From an uncultured Kingella sp. (GTDB taxonomy: Bacteria > Pseudomonadota > Gammaproteobacteria > Burkholderiales > Neisseriaceae): 62,036 bases of DNA. The DNA lies in contig CAKARD010000001.1 of the NCBI GenBank assembly GCA_916720425.1, positions 1 through 62,036 of the forward strand, in the 5' to 3' direction. A program made the position numbers and the translations under genes. The notes under the pieces are model-generated. The model searched no databases. It saw only the letters and a program-made list of their open reading frames with translations, and was not told the origin of the DNA. Below are positions 38,092 through 48,219 of this stretch, one piece after another (position 1 is the stretch's first letter; the number at the start of each line of letters is the position of its first letter).

Positions 38092-40209
38092 TTAGCTTGC
38101 AGCAGATGCGCTAGATGTAGTAGCGGCTGGCGCAGCGGGCGTGCTGGCTGGTGTCGGTGCGGGCGTGCTGGCTGCCGCAGGTTCAGAAGCGGCAGGGGCA
38201 CTGGCTTTATTAGCAGCATCACTCAATAAAGGCTCACCTTTTTTGTGAACAATCATGCGACCTGACATTTCCATGTGCAATGCATGGCAGAACCATTGGC
38301 AATAGTACCAGTATACGCCTACACGGTTGGCTGTGAAGGTTACTGAAGCTGTGGCTTGAGCACTGATTTCCATCGCAATACCATGCTCTTCCAAAGTAAA
38401 GCCGTGTGTTAAATCCTCAATAGTTTCCATATTGGTAACCACTACGGTAACTTCGTCATCTTCATATACTTCAAAGCTAGGCAAACTAAATGCAGGTGCA
38501 ACAGCCGTCATATAAACGCGTACTTTGTTACCATCGCGAATAACGTGAGCGGCTTTTTCTAGTTCAATACCGTCTTTTTGGGCTTGTTCTAATGCCCCTT
38601 GCCACATCCATGGATCTTTACGATTCCAAGTTTTGTTTGGATTAATTTTGTCAGCGGCAACCAACATCATATCGTGTGGTTCGGCAAAGGTTGGGTTGTC
38701 GTGTACCAAACGCATTTCATCGCCAGAAATATCAATCAATTGATCGCACTCTGGTTTTAATGGACCCACATTCAAGAAACGGTCTTTGGAGAATTTATTC
38801 AAAGACACCAACCATTGACCGTCGGCTTCTTTGGTCTCACCCATTGTTGTGTGGTTATGACCTGGTTGATAGTTTACGTCTAATTTTTGAATAACATAAT
38901 CTTGGTTTTTAGAACCGCTTGCATAGGCATCAATGGCTTTTTGAATATTCCATTTAACCATTTGACTATCCAAGAACAAGGTTGTATAGGCATTACCACG
39001 ACCATCAAATGCGGTATGGAGTGGGCCTAAACCCAATTCTGGTTCGGCAACAACGGTATCACGTTCTTTAATTTTGCCTGCAAATAAATCGTCTAATTTG
39101 CTGACATCAATCACAGTAACAGTTGGCGACAATTTACCATTCAACATGATGTATTTGCCGTCAGGAGAGGCATTACAACCGTGAGGTGAGTTAGGCACGG
39201 GAATATAGCGCGTATAGTTTTTTGCAGCATTGGTTTTGCGACCGTCCAATACTTTTACACCATTGATTTCTTTGTAATCACCGTTTTTTACACCTTCTTC
39301 AATGGCAGCCAGATTAAATACCACACACCAGTCTTGTTCATTTGCAGAAGCTTCGGTAACGGTTACCCCTTTTTCAGAGTTATAACAAGTTGAGAAGGAA
39401 TATTTACCTTGATAATCAGCATCACCATTATCCAAGTTACCATCTACCATCACTTGCCATGCAATTTCCATGGTTTCACCATCAATTGCAGTATAAACAG
39501 CCCAATAGTTTTTTGCGGGATCGTCTAGCATTGTGCCGTCATTGGGGACAGGGACAATATGCTCACCGTTGGCAAAAACATAACCTGTTTTTGGATAACG
39601 TTGTGGACGCAAACCATGAATACCTGATGCATTTGGAATTTCAACGATTTTATCCGTTTTCATCACATCGCAACGAATACGACACACGCGGTTATTGGCT
39701 TTATCATTTGCATATACATAACGACCATCATAGGTGCCATCAGTAAATGACATGTGAGGATGGTGCAAGTCTCCATTAGGATAAACTGGTAGATTAGATT
39801 TTCTTAAAAATTCACGTGTTTGAGGGGTTAAATGTGCATTTAAAATAGCACGGCTTTCGTTGGTGCGTCCCCAGCCTGTTGCGCTGTCCATATTAAATAC
39901 AGGAACGCGCATTAATTCTCGCATAGAAGGTACGCCTACAATTCGTATTTCACCTGATTGACCACCAGACAAGAAACCGTAATATTTATCTAATTCACCA
40001 GGCCCCACGTGTGAGCTTAAACCCCCTTCTGCGGAAGCGGCACTGGGGGTGGATGCTGCAACACTGGCTGCACCTGCATGAGCGGCTGAAGCCGTTGCAC
40101 CTGTGGCTGTGCTGGTTCCACCTGAGCAGGCAGCCAATCCCACTAAACCTACACCAGAAGCGGCGGCTGTGCCGAGAAAGCTACGGCGACTAATTTTATT
40201 TTCTGACAT
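38092..40209 (-). CDS. nosZ: Nitrous-oxide reductase (clade I, Tat-exported), predicted lipoprotein with low-complexity linkers
   Basis: 705 aa. Twin-arginine SRRSFLG, lipobox LAAC (Cys28), collinear with the recalled P. stutzeri NosZ, and CuA motif [12 protein letters not shown]. Confidence 0.95.
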   Translation of the reverse strand: MSENKISRRSFLGTAAASGVGLVGLAACSGGTSTATGATASAAHAGAASVAASTPSAASAEGGLSSHVGPGELDKYYGFLSGGQSGEIRIVGVPSMRELMRVPVFNMDSATGWGRTNESRAILNAHLTPQTREFLRKSNLPVYPNGDLHHPHMSFTDGTYDGRYVYANDKANNRVCRIRCDVMKTDKIVEIPNASGIHGLRPQRYPKTGYVFANGEHIVPVPNDGTMLDDPAKNYWAVYTAIDGETMEIAWQVMVDGNLDNGDADYQGKYSFSTCYNSEKGVTVTEASANEQDWCVVFNLAAIEEGVKNGDYKEINGVKVLDGRKTNAAKNYTRYIPVPNSPHGCNASPDGKYIMLNGKLSPTVTVIDVSKLDDLFAGKIKERDTVVAEPELGLGPLHTAFDGRGNAYTTLFLDSQMVKWNIQKAIDAYASGSKNQDYVIQKLDVNYQPGHNHTTMGETKEADGQWLVSLNKFSKDRFLNVGPLKPECDQLIDISGDEMRLVHDNPTFAEPHDMMLVAADKINPNKTWNRKDPWMWQGALEQAQKDGIELEKAAHVIRDGNKVRVYMTAVAPAFSLPSFEVYEDDEVTVVVTNMETIEDLTHGFTLEEHGIAMEISAQATASVTFTANRVGVYWYYCQWFCHALHMEMSGRMIVHKKGEPLLSDAANKASAPAASEPAAASTPAPTPASTPAAPAATTSSASAAS

Positions 40210-40318
40210 AATCTAACTCCTTGATTATAAGTTGCTTGTGGCAAAACCGCCACGGGTTTTGAGTAAATATCTGTTCGGTTTGATATGCGGAGCGCAACGC
40301 ACATTCATTATCCCAATA

Positions 40319-42604
40319 CTAATTAGTTTGTTTTTTCACAAAATGCACCACTTGTTCTGTGGGAGTATCGGTTTTTTGTACTGCTGTTTCTGCTTTTGCA
40401 GCAGCTTGTTTGGCTTTTTTCTTGTTGGTTGCCACCACTTGTGGGCAACGGGTTTCATGGTTATACATCACTTGGCAATGCAAGCATTGAATACATTCGT
40501 TTGGATTGATATCGCCTTCTGGCGCAATCGCTTGAACGGGGCATTCATGATTACAAATTTGACAAGGATTGCCACACATTGAATAACGGCGCAACCAGTC
40601 AAATATGCGCAATCTTGCGGGAATGGCCATCGCTGCACCCAAAGGACACATATAACGACAGAAAAAGCGTTCAATAAATAATCCTGCTACCAGCAAAGCA
40701 ATCGCAAATAATACAAACCACCATTCACGAACAAAATGCAAAATAATTGCGGTTTTGAACGGTTCTACTTCAGCAAATTTTTCAGCCAATCCTAATTCGT
40801 ATAAGGATACACCAAATAACACCATAAAGATAACGTATTTTAACGCAGTCAGGCGAGTATGTATGCCAAAAGGAACGGTTATTTGTTTTACGCCAAACTT
40901 TTTGGCGATTGCATTAGTTAATTCTTGTAGAGCACCAAAGGGGCAGAGCCAACCACAAAATGCACCGCGTCCCCATAGCAACATAGCAATGGCAGTGGCA
41001 CTCCAGAGTGTGAAGATAAACGGATCCATGAGGAAGTAATCCCAACTGAAGTGTCCTTGCACGATGGAGGACGACAGCGTTAATACATTCACAACTGATA
41101 ATTGTGCATGTAAATACCAACCAATATAAACCAATGTTACGGTTAAATAAGCATAGCGAAAGCGTTGGTAGGCTTTTTCATAGCGTACTAAAGTATCTTG
41201 GAAAAAGAATACTGCAGTTAAAATGATAAGCATTAATCCAATTACTATGACATGGGGCATTTTGTCTTGCCATAATTGTTTCCAGAGATTGCGTTGTGGA
41301 TTGTCTTCTTCGGTAGAGTCGGCCACCGCTTGTTCGTCCATGGTGGGAGTGTCTGCGCTGACTGGGGTGGGGTTGTTTAAGGCTACAGGTTCACCGTTAG
41401 GGTCATTTACGGTGAATGCTTGTGGCATTTGATAGGGTAAATCCACTGTAACAAAGGCTTTATTTTGTACACTTAATTCACGTTGAATCATTAACTGTAA
41501 ACGCCAAGGTTCTGCGGGATCAAATTTGAATTCTTCAGGTGTCACAAACAATGATACTTCTTTAAAATGCGGTGCGCCTTGGGCGTGAAAATCTAATAAG
41601 CGTGTGTGATGTAAATCGGTAAAACGAAAGCCGTTGTCATTTTGAATAACTTCAATACGATCAAAAATGCCACCACGCACATAGCCAGAACCTTTCCAAG
41701 AATAGCGTCCGCTACCTGCTACAACAATGGCTGATTGATTGGGTTTTAGGCGTGCTTTGAGTTCGGCATATCCTGCTTCACCCAATAGGCTTTTGCCCAC
41801 CGCAGGTTGCGAAACAACGGCAGTATATAAATCAATAAAGGTATCGTCAGGATTGCCTGGTTCAGGTTTATTGGCTGCGTCAGGATTGTTTTTTGCTAAT
41901 AATTCGTTGGCTTGTCCAACGTTTATGTGTAGTTTTTGTACTAAATTTTCATTAATTAATTGTTCCCAAGATAACACCTCTTGTTTATCCATGTTTAACA
42001 AGCGATGAGGGCGAGTTTGAGTGCTGTCAGTTGTGGTAGCAGCGGGTACACCAGATTTTTTTGCCATATCGGCAGCAATAACACGCGCAGAACGCACAAT
42101 ACTATCGCCAATGACTACAACGGTAACGGTTGCACCTGTAACAATTTCAGAAGGTGTAGAGCCTGCTTTGGGAGGGTTTTTGGTGGGATTCAGGCCAATA
42201 TAGCCGTCAATAAAGTGATCCACTTTGCTAACCGGAATACCCACAAGCAAAATGGGTTCGTGATGTTCTAGCATTTTTGCACCTTTAATGGTGCCTTCTT
42301 TGTCTAACGCCACAATCGTATCAATAGGTTTGCTGGAATAACCGCGCGTATTGACGACATCGGTGGTGATGTAAACGACGCCAACTTCTTCATCACCTTG
42401 ATACACTTTGGCGGTCATGGGTTTGCCTTCAGGCGTACCAAAACGCGTTGCATTAGGGAAGATTTCGCTCGGTTGTACGCGTTTGATTAATTCAGGCAGG
42501 CGTTCGGCAAATGCGGTTTGTGATAACAAAAAGCACAATGATAAAACACACATAGCACAGAACCGAAAAATTCGGCGCATAAGCGTCAATCCAAGAGATA
42601 GCAT
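40319..42604 (-). CDS. nosR: NosR membrane-bound flavin/Fe-S regulator-electron donor for NosZ
   Basis: 761 aa. Signal peptide, periplasmic FMN-binding region, 5-6 TM and C-terminal Cys clusters CGNPCQICNHECP and CIQCLHCQ. Confidence 0.92.
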   Translation of the reverse strand: MLSLGLTLMRRIFRFCAMCVLSLCFLLSQTAFAERLPELIKRVQPSEIFPNATRFGTPEGKPMTAKVYQGDEEVGVVYITTDVVNTRGYSSKPIDTIVALDKEGTIKGAKMLEHHEPILLVGIPVSKVDHFIDGYIGLNPTKNPPKAGSTPSEIVTGATVTVVVIGDSIVRSARVIAADMAKKSGVPAATTTDSTQTRPHRLLNMDKQEVLSWEQLINENLVQKLHINVGQANELLAKNNPDAANKPEPGNPDDTFIDLYTAVVSQPAVGKSLLGEAGYAELKARLKPNQSAIVVAGSGRYSWKGSGYVRGGIFDRIEVIQNDNGFRFTDLHHTRLLDFHAQGAPHFKEVSLFVTPEEFKFDPAEPWRLQLMIQRELSVQNKAFVTVDLPYQMPQAFTVNDPNGEPVALNNPTPVSADTPTMDEQAVADSTEEDNPQRNLWKQLWQDKMPHVIVIGLMLIILTAVFFFQDTLVRYEKAYQRFRYAYLTVTLVYIGWYLHAQLSVVNVLTLSSSIVQGHFSWDYFLMDPFIFTLWSATAIAMLLWGRGAFCGWLCPFGALQELTNAIAKKFGVKQITVPFGIHTRLTALKYVIFMVLFGVSLYELGLAEKFAEVEPFKTAIILHFVREWWFVLFAIALLVAGLFIERFFCRYMCPLGAAMAIPARLRIFDWLRRYSMCGNPCQICNHECPVQAIAPEGDINPNECIQCLHCQVMYNHETRCPQVVATNKKKAKQAAAKAETAVQKTDTPTEQVVHFVKKQTN

Positions 42605-42635
42605 GTTGTGATTCCAATTTTGAAGTGGTAGGTTT

Positions 42636-42677
42636 ATTTTAAGTATCTTTGCATCTTGAGCCTTTGATACGAATCAA
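42636..42677 (-). promoter_or_regulatory. Class II FNR/DNR-type promoter of nosR
   Basis: Perfect TTGAT-ACGA-ATCAA (42664-42677). TAAAAT -10 on the minus strand (42636-42641), 32 bp centre-to-centre. AAGATGCA, an NsrR-like half site, lies between them (42647-42657). Confidence 0.6.
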
Positions 42678-42817
42678 GTGCAAAGGGTTTTGTAAATAAT
42701 ATTAGGCTTAATTTTACAGAATTTAAAGTGTTTAGAATAGATTTGATGCAAATAATTTAGATGTTTTGTTAAATAAAAATGTAAAAATACCCGTGTGTAA
42801 TGTTAATATCTGTTATA

Positions 42818-42842
42818 CTTAATGATGATATTAACTATCATT
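42818..42842 (+). promoter_or_regulatory. Candidate Fur box upstream of the FepA-like receptor
   Basis: CTTAATGATGATATTAACTATCATT. About 12/19 matches to GATAATGATAATCATTATC by hand alignment. Ends 35 bp before the ATG. Confidence 0.35.
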
Positions 42843-42877
42843 TTCTTGTAAATAAATATTCAAAGTAGAGATATTTT

Positions 42878-45082
42878 ATGAAATCGTTTCACGAACCTTT
42901 ATTTAAACTGAGTGTATTGTCTTTAATATTGTTCAATGGTTATGTTTATGCTGCTGATGAAGAAGATAATTCACAAGAATTACAAAACATTAATGTTACT
43001 GCTGAACGCCAGTTACAGCAATCTTTGGGTGTATCGCGTATTAAAAGTGAGGATTTGGCAAAACGCCCTGTCGCTAATGATATTTCAGAATTTGTGCGCA
43101 CGATGCCTGGTGTGAATTTGACAGGCAATACCGCCAGCGGTACTCGTGGCAATAAACGTCAAATTGATATTCGTGGGATGGGACCTGAAAATACGCTAAT
43201 TTTGATTGATGGTAAACCAGTTACATCACGCAATAATGAGCGCGTTTCTCGTTCGGGCGAACGCAATACTCGTGGTGACAGCAATTGGGTGCCTGCCGAA
43301 GCCATTGACCGTATTCAAGTATTGCGTGGCCCAGCCGCTGCGCGTTATGGTTCGGGCGCAATGGGGGGCGTGGTGAATATCATCACCAAAAAAAATACCA
43401 ATACTTTCCAAGGTTCTGTCACTTATTACACCAATCAACCGCAAGATAACCAAGAAGGGGCAACCAATCGCGTGGGCTTTAATATCAGCGGCCCGATTAT
43501 TCAAGATATATTGAGCTATCGTTTGTATGGTAGTGTGAATAAAACTGATGCTGATGCCAATGATATTAACCAAGGCTACAATCAATATGCCGCAGGGGTA
43601 GAAGGTGTACGCAATAAGGATATTGCTGGACGCTTATATTGGCAAATGTCACCTAACCAAAGCCTGACTTGGGACGCAAGTTTTAGTCGACAAGGCAATA
43701 TTTATAATGGCGATACTTTGTATAGTGTGAGTACTGCTAATTCTGCTGGTCGTGGTACGCGTTATTTATTGGGACAAGAAACTGCACGTTTATATCGCAG
43801 CGCGACATCATTAACCCATGATGGTGCTTGGTCTTGGGGTGAGACTAAAACTTATATCAGCTTTGATAACAGCAAAAACAGCCGTTATCCCGAAGCCTTA
43901 ACAGGTGGGATCGAGGGTTCTTATGATCGCAATGCAACTTTTACCGATAGCGTATTAAAAAACTATCACTTTAATCATGAAAGTTACATTCCTTTTAACA
44001 CGGGCAATGCCAAACACGTGGCAACAGTTGGCCTAGATGCTTTGCACAGTAAATTAGATGATACAGCTTCTATGAGCCAAGGGTTTAGTGATGTGCAACG
44101 TGGACGTGTATTAAATTTTGGTACATACAATGGCATGGGTAATAATCGTTCAGGCATCACGTCGCAAAGTGAATACGCTTTATATTTCGAAGATAATATT
44201 GTGTTTGGACAACATAATGAGACCAAATTGATTCCAATGTTACGTTTAGACTACAGTACCAAATTTGGCAAAAATTGGAGTCCTGCGCTGAATTTTTCGC
44301 ATAATTTAAGTCCATCTTGGGTAGTGAAAGGTGGGATTGCGCGTGCGTATAAAGCACCCAATTTATATCAAAGCAATGACAATTATTTCTTATTTTCACG
44401 TGGTATTGGTTGTCATCAAACAGGGGCAAATTGCTTCTTACAAGGCAACAGCGATTTGAAACCCGAAACCAGTTGGAATAAAGAATTAGGCTTTGAATTT
44501 AATCAACAGGGTTATCAAGTGTCTTTGGCGTATTTCCATAATGATTATCGTAACAAAATCACCGAAGGAACGAGCATAGTAGGACGAACCACAAATGGTA
44601 ATGCAGTATTCCGTTGGCAAAATGCACATCGTGCCGTGGTTGAGGGCGTGGAAGGTAGCGTAATTTTACAACTGATTCGTGATCAGTTGCGCTGGACAAA
44701 TAATTTTACTGTTATGCGCCGTAGTTTGAATAAAGATACAGGAGAAGCCTTATCGTTGATTCCCAAATATACCATTAATAGTACACTCAACTGGACACCT
44801 AATGAACGTTGGGATGCTAACTTGTCTTATACTTATTTTGGTAAACAAAATGCGTCTTTAACCTATCTTGAACAAAATAGTGCCTCTGCAACAGAACGAC
44901 AAGCTGTGCCACGTTATGGCTTGTTGGGTGTGAATGCGGGTTATAAATTCAATAAACATCTAGATGTGCGTGCAGGCGTGAGCAATGTGTTTAATAAGAA
45001 AATCTATCGCTCTGGTAATGGTGCCAATTCGTATAACGAACACGGTCGCGCTTACTACGCCAGCATTAAAGTATCATTTTAA
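42878..45082 (+). CDS. TonB-dependent catecholate siderophore receptor (FepA-like)
   Basis: 734 aa. Plug region ...GVNLTGNTASGTRGNKRQIDIRGMGPENTLILIDGKPV...VLRGPAAARYGSGAMGGVVNIITKK is nearly collinear with the recalled E. coli FepA. Terminal F. Confidence 0.9.
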   Translation: MKSFHEPLFKLSVLSLILFNGYVYAADEEDNSQELQNINVTAERQLQQSLGVSRIKSEDLAKRPVANDISEFVRTMPGVNLTGNTASGTRGNKRQIDIRGMGPENTLILIDGKPVTSRNNERVSRSGERNTRGDSNWVPAEAIDRIQVLRGPAAARYGSGAMGGVVNIITKKNTNTFQGSVTYYTNQPQDNQEGATNRVGFNISGPIIQDILSYRLYGSVNKTDADANDINQGYNQYAAGVEGVRNKDIAGRLYWQMSPNQSLTWDASFSRQGNIYNGDTLYSVSTANSAGRGTRYLLGQETARLYRSATSLTHDGAWSWGETKTYISFDNSKNSRYPEALTGGIEGSYDRNATFTDSVLKNYHFNHESYIPFNTGNAKHVATVGLDALHSKLDDTASMSQGFSDVQRGRVLNFGTYNGMGNNRSGITSQSEYALYFEDNIVFGQHNETKLIPMLRLDYSTKFGKNWSPALNFSHNLSPSWVVKGGIARAYKAPNLYQSNDNYFLFSRGIGCHQTGANCFLQGNSDLKPETSWNKELGFEFNQQGYQVSLAYFHNDYRNKITEGTSIVGRTTNGNAVFRWQNAHRAVVEGVEGSVILQLIRDQLRWTNNFTVMRRSLNKDTGEALSLIPKYTINSTLNWTPNERWDANLSYTYFGKQNASLTYLEQNSASATERQAVPRYGLLGVNAGYKFNKHLDVRAGVSNVFNKKIYRSGNGANSYNEHGRAYYASIKVSF

Positions 45083-45095
45083 TCAGGGATAAAAC

Positions 45096-46073
45096 ATGAA
45101 AAAAACCGTCATTACTATATTAACCTTGGCTGCATTAGCCGCTTGTGGGGGACAAAATCAAAATACCTCTGCCAGCGCACCTATGGCATCATCAGTTGCA
45201 ACCGTTACTGCACCTGCTGAAGGGGCAAATGTGAGTGTTATAACTGCACGTGGTCAAGTTAATGTACCACAAAACCCTGAGCGCATTGCGGTATATGATT
45301 TTGGTGCGGCAGATACACTGACTGCTTTGGGGGTGCCTGTGGGTGCCAGTGTGGGGCAAACTGGTTTGGATTATTTAAAACCTACTATAGAAAAAGCCAA
45401 AAATGTAGGCACATTGTTTGAACCTGATTTTGAAGCACTGAATGCATATCAACCTCAATTAATCATTACAGGTAGTCGCATTAATCGTGGTGATGCGTTT
45501 GGTAAGTTAGAACAACTTGCGCCTACGATTGAAATGACGGTGGACGTGAAAAACACATTGGCCAGTGCTAAAGAACGCTTAGATGCATATGGCAAAATTT
45601 TTAACAAAACCGCTGAGGCTGATAAACTTAAAGCCGATTTAGATGCCGCATTTGCTGCTGCCCAAATCGCAGCCAAAGACAAGGGTAAAGGCTTGGTATT
45701 GATTGTTAATGGTGGCAAATTATCCGCTTATGGTGCAGATTCACGTTTAGGTGGCTGGTTGCACAAAGACATTGGCTTACCAGTTGTTGATCCAAACATC
45801 AAAGAAGGTTCCCATGGTCAACCCATATCATTTGAGTATATCAAACAGATGAATCCAGATTGGCTATTTGTCTTGGATCGCAGTGCCGCTATTGGTGAAG
45901 AGGGCGCGGCTGCTAAAGATGTATTAAACAATCCATTGGTTGCAGAAACCACCGCATGGAAAAAAGGGCAGGTGGTTTATATGCACCCAAGTGCGTATTT
46001 AGCAGCAGGTGGTGTAGAACAATTGCGTATTGCAGTCAAACAAGCAACAGATGCATTTAATGCGGCCAAATAA
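45096..46073 (+). CDS. Siderophore ABC transporter substrate-binding lipoprotein (FetB/VctP/CeuE type)
   Basis: 325 aa with lipobox LAAC. Class III SBP pattern. Starts 13 bp after the receptor gene. Confidence 0.85.
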   Translation: MKKTVITILTLAALAACGGQNQNTSASAPMASSVATVTAPAEGANVSVITARGQVNVPQNPERIAVYDFGAADTLTALGVPVGASVGQTGLDYLKPTIEKAKNVGTLFEPDFEALNAYQPQLIITGSRINRGDAFGKLEQLAPTIEMTVDVKNTLASAKERLDAYGKIFNKTAEADKLKADLDAAFAAAQIAAKDKGKGLVLIVNGGKLSAYGADSRLGGWLHKDIGLPVVDPNIKEGSHGQPISFEYIKQMNPDWLFVLDRSAAIGEEGAAAKDVLNNPLVAETTAWKKGQVVYMHPSAYLAAGGVEQLRIAVKQATDAFNAAK

Positions 46074-46088
46074 ACTGATTTTATTTTT

Positions 46089-46260
46089 ATAATGAACGAA
46101 CACGCGTTGCGCCGCGTACCACGCTTGTCAACGCAACCTTATCTATCGAGGTTGCGTTGACACCCTGTTTGCTTTTGGTGTGTTTAAAAGGGCATAGATC
46201 AAGCCTGCACCAAGTATTATTGGGTGTAGAACGTGGTGCGTGGTGCAACGTACGTTTATA
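46089..46260. repeat. GC-rich box MITE-like element inside the siderophore operon
   Basis: Box GAACACGCGTTGCGCCGCGTACCACGC (46098-46124). Perfect 13-bp hairpin GTCAACGCAACCT/AGGTTGCGTTGAC (46127-46161). A degenerate inverted box at 46229-46256. Both outer ends read TATAA. Confidence 0.65.
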
Positions 46261-46280
46261 GCCAATTTTGGAAAATATAA

Positions 46281-47246
46281 ATGTCTAGTCGGAAACTCTA
46301 TTTAGCTTCATTGGTACTGATGTTACTGTTGTTTTTTATCAGTTTATCTATTGGTATTGCTGATTTTAGTTGGAAAAAATTATTGGAAGGCCAGTGGAAT
46401 GACAGCAGTCAAGTGATGTTGATCAGTCGTTTGCCGCGTACTTTTGCTATTGTGTTAACGGGTGCATCTACTGCTGTAGCGGGTATGATTATGCAGATTT
46501 TGCTAAAAAATCGTTTTGTTGAGCCGTCTATGGTGGGAGCAAGCCAATCGGCGACGTTGGGCTTGTTATTGATGGCATTGTGGTTTAACGCTTCAGCATT
46601 ATGGCTAAAAATGTCGGTGGCGGCAGGGTGTGCATTATTAGGTATGCTGTTATTTATGGCTTTAACGCGTCGATTGCCACCCACAGCGCAATTAATGATT
46701 CCATTGGTTGGCATGATTTTTGGTAGCGTATTAGATGCTGTGGCGACTTTTATTGCTTATGAATATGAAATGATGCAATTATTGGGAACATGGCAAAGTG
46801 GTGATTTTTCTGGTGTATTATTGGGGCGTTATGAATTGTTGTGGTTAACAGGCATATTAGCGGTATTTGCCTATGTGATTGCTGATCAACTGACCATTAT
46901 GGGCTTGGGAGAAACCGTTGCAGCCAATTTAGGCTTAAATCGTGATTTAGTGTTGTGGTTGGGACTATTTATTGTCGCGTTGATTAGCTCGTTAGTAGTG
47001 GTAACGGTGGGGAGTATTCCTTTTATTGGTTTGGTTGTACCCAATATTGTGAGCCGTTTATTGGGTGATAAATTGCGTTCAAGTTTGCCTGCGGTAGCAT
47101 TGTTAGGCGCAACGCTGGTGTTATTATGCGATATTATTGGGCGGCTGATAGTGTTTCCATTTGAAATTCCCGTATCAACTGTGTTTGGCGTGTTGGGAAC
47201 AGTATTATTTTTGTATTTATTATTACGCACCCCAAAAGTCGCTTAA
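46281..47246 (+). CDS. Iron-siderophore ABC transporter permease (FecCD family)
   Basis: 321 aa, about 9 TM, FecCD-type sequence. Confidence 0.9.
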   Translation: MSSRKLYLASLVLMLLLFFISLSIGIADFSWKKLLEGQWNDSSQVMLISRLPRTFAIVLTGASTAVAGMIMQILLKNRFVEPSMVGASQSATLGLLLMALWFNASALWLKMSVAAGCALLGMLLFMALTRRLPPTAQLMIPLVGMIFGSVLDAVATFIAYEYEMMQLLGTWQSGDFSGVLLGRYELLWLTGILAVFAYVIADQLTIMGLGETVAANLGLNRDLVLWLGLFIVALISSLVVVTVGSIPFIGLVVPNIVSRLLGDKLRSSLPAVALLGATLVLLCDIIGRLIVFPFEIPVSTVFGVLGTVLFLYLLLRTPKVA

Positions 47247-47258
47247 ACAGGAGTTCTT

Positions 47259-48203
47259 ATGCAAGAAAATGCCAAAATAATTTGTGCCACCGTTACTTTA
47301 TTGAGTGTTTGTATACTGTTTTTAACTTGGAATATACATGGCAACTGGACGTTTGTTTTACCACTACGTATAAGTAAATTAGCCACACTATTGCTTATTG
47401 CTTATGCCATAGGTGTATCCACTTTATTATTTCAAACCATCACGCATAATCCTATTTTAACACCATCGGTTTTGGGTTTTGATTCGCTGTATATTTTTCT
47501 TCAAACACTATTAGTATTTTTGTTAGGTGGTTTGGGGTATACCCAATTGCCTTTAGTGGGAAAATTTTCTTTAGAATTATGGGTTATGTTGGGCGGATCG
47601 TTCTTGTTATTTCAAATGCTATTACGTCAAGGTGGGCACGATATTACGCGTATGATTCTGATGGGGGTGATTTTTGGTGTATTGTTTCGTAGTGTATCTA
47701 ATTTAATGCAGCGTATGATAGATCCTGAAGAGTTTGCCGTGGCCCAAGCCAATATGTTTGCCAGTTTTAATAGCGTTAATACGCATCTTTTGGGCATAGG
47801 CATGGTGATTGCCGCGCTAAGTGCTATCGTGATTTGGCGTGAACGTTATCGATTAGATGTCCATTTACTTGGACGCGATCAAGTGATAAATCTTGGCATA
47901 CACTATCAACGTCATACATTATGGATTTTGTTATGGATTGCGCTTTTGGTTGCAACGGCAACCGCATTGGTGGGGCCTGTGAGTTTTTTTGGCTTATTAG
48001 TTTGCACCTTAGTTAATCATATTGCAGGCACAGTTAAACATAGCATTCGTTTACCATTAGTATTTTTGCTGGCTGCCATTATGCTGGTGGGTGGACAAGC
48101 TGTATTTGAGCATATGCTTGGTATGAAAGCTGTGTTAAGTGTCGTTATAGAATTTTTAGGTGGCTTGGTGTTCTTATGGCTTGTCTTGCAAAAACCCAGC
48201 TAA
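47259..48203 (+). CDS. Iron-siderophore ABC transporter permease (FecCD family)
   Basis: 314 aa, multi-TM. Second permease of the pair. Confidence 0.9.
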   Translation: MQENAKIICATVTLLSVCILFLTWNIHGNWTFVLPLRISKLATLLLIAYAIGVSTLLFQTITHNPILTPSVLGFDSLYIFLQTLLVFLLGGLGYTQLPLVGKFSLELWVMLGGSFLLFQMLLRQGGHDITRMILMGVIFGVLFRSVSNLMQRMIDPEEFAVAQANMFASFNSVNTHLLGIGMVIAALSAIVIWRERYRLDVHLLGRDQVINLGIHYQRHTLWILLWIALLVATATALVGPVSFFGLLVCTLVNHIAGTVKHSIRLPLVFLLAAIMLVGGQAVFEHMLGMKAVLSVVIEFLGGLVFLWLVLQKPS

Positions 48204-48219
48204 TCATAGAAAGAATAAG

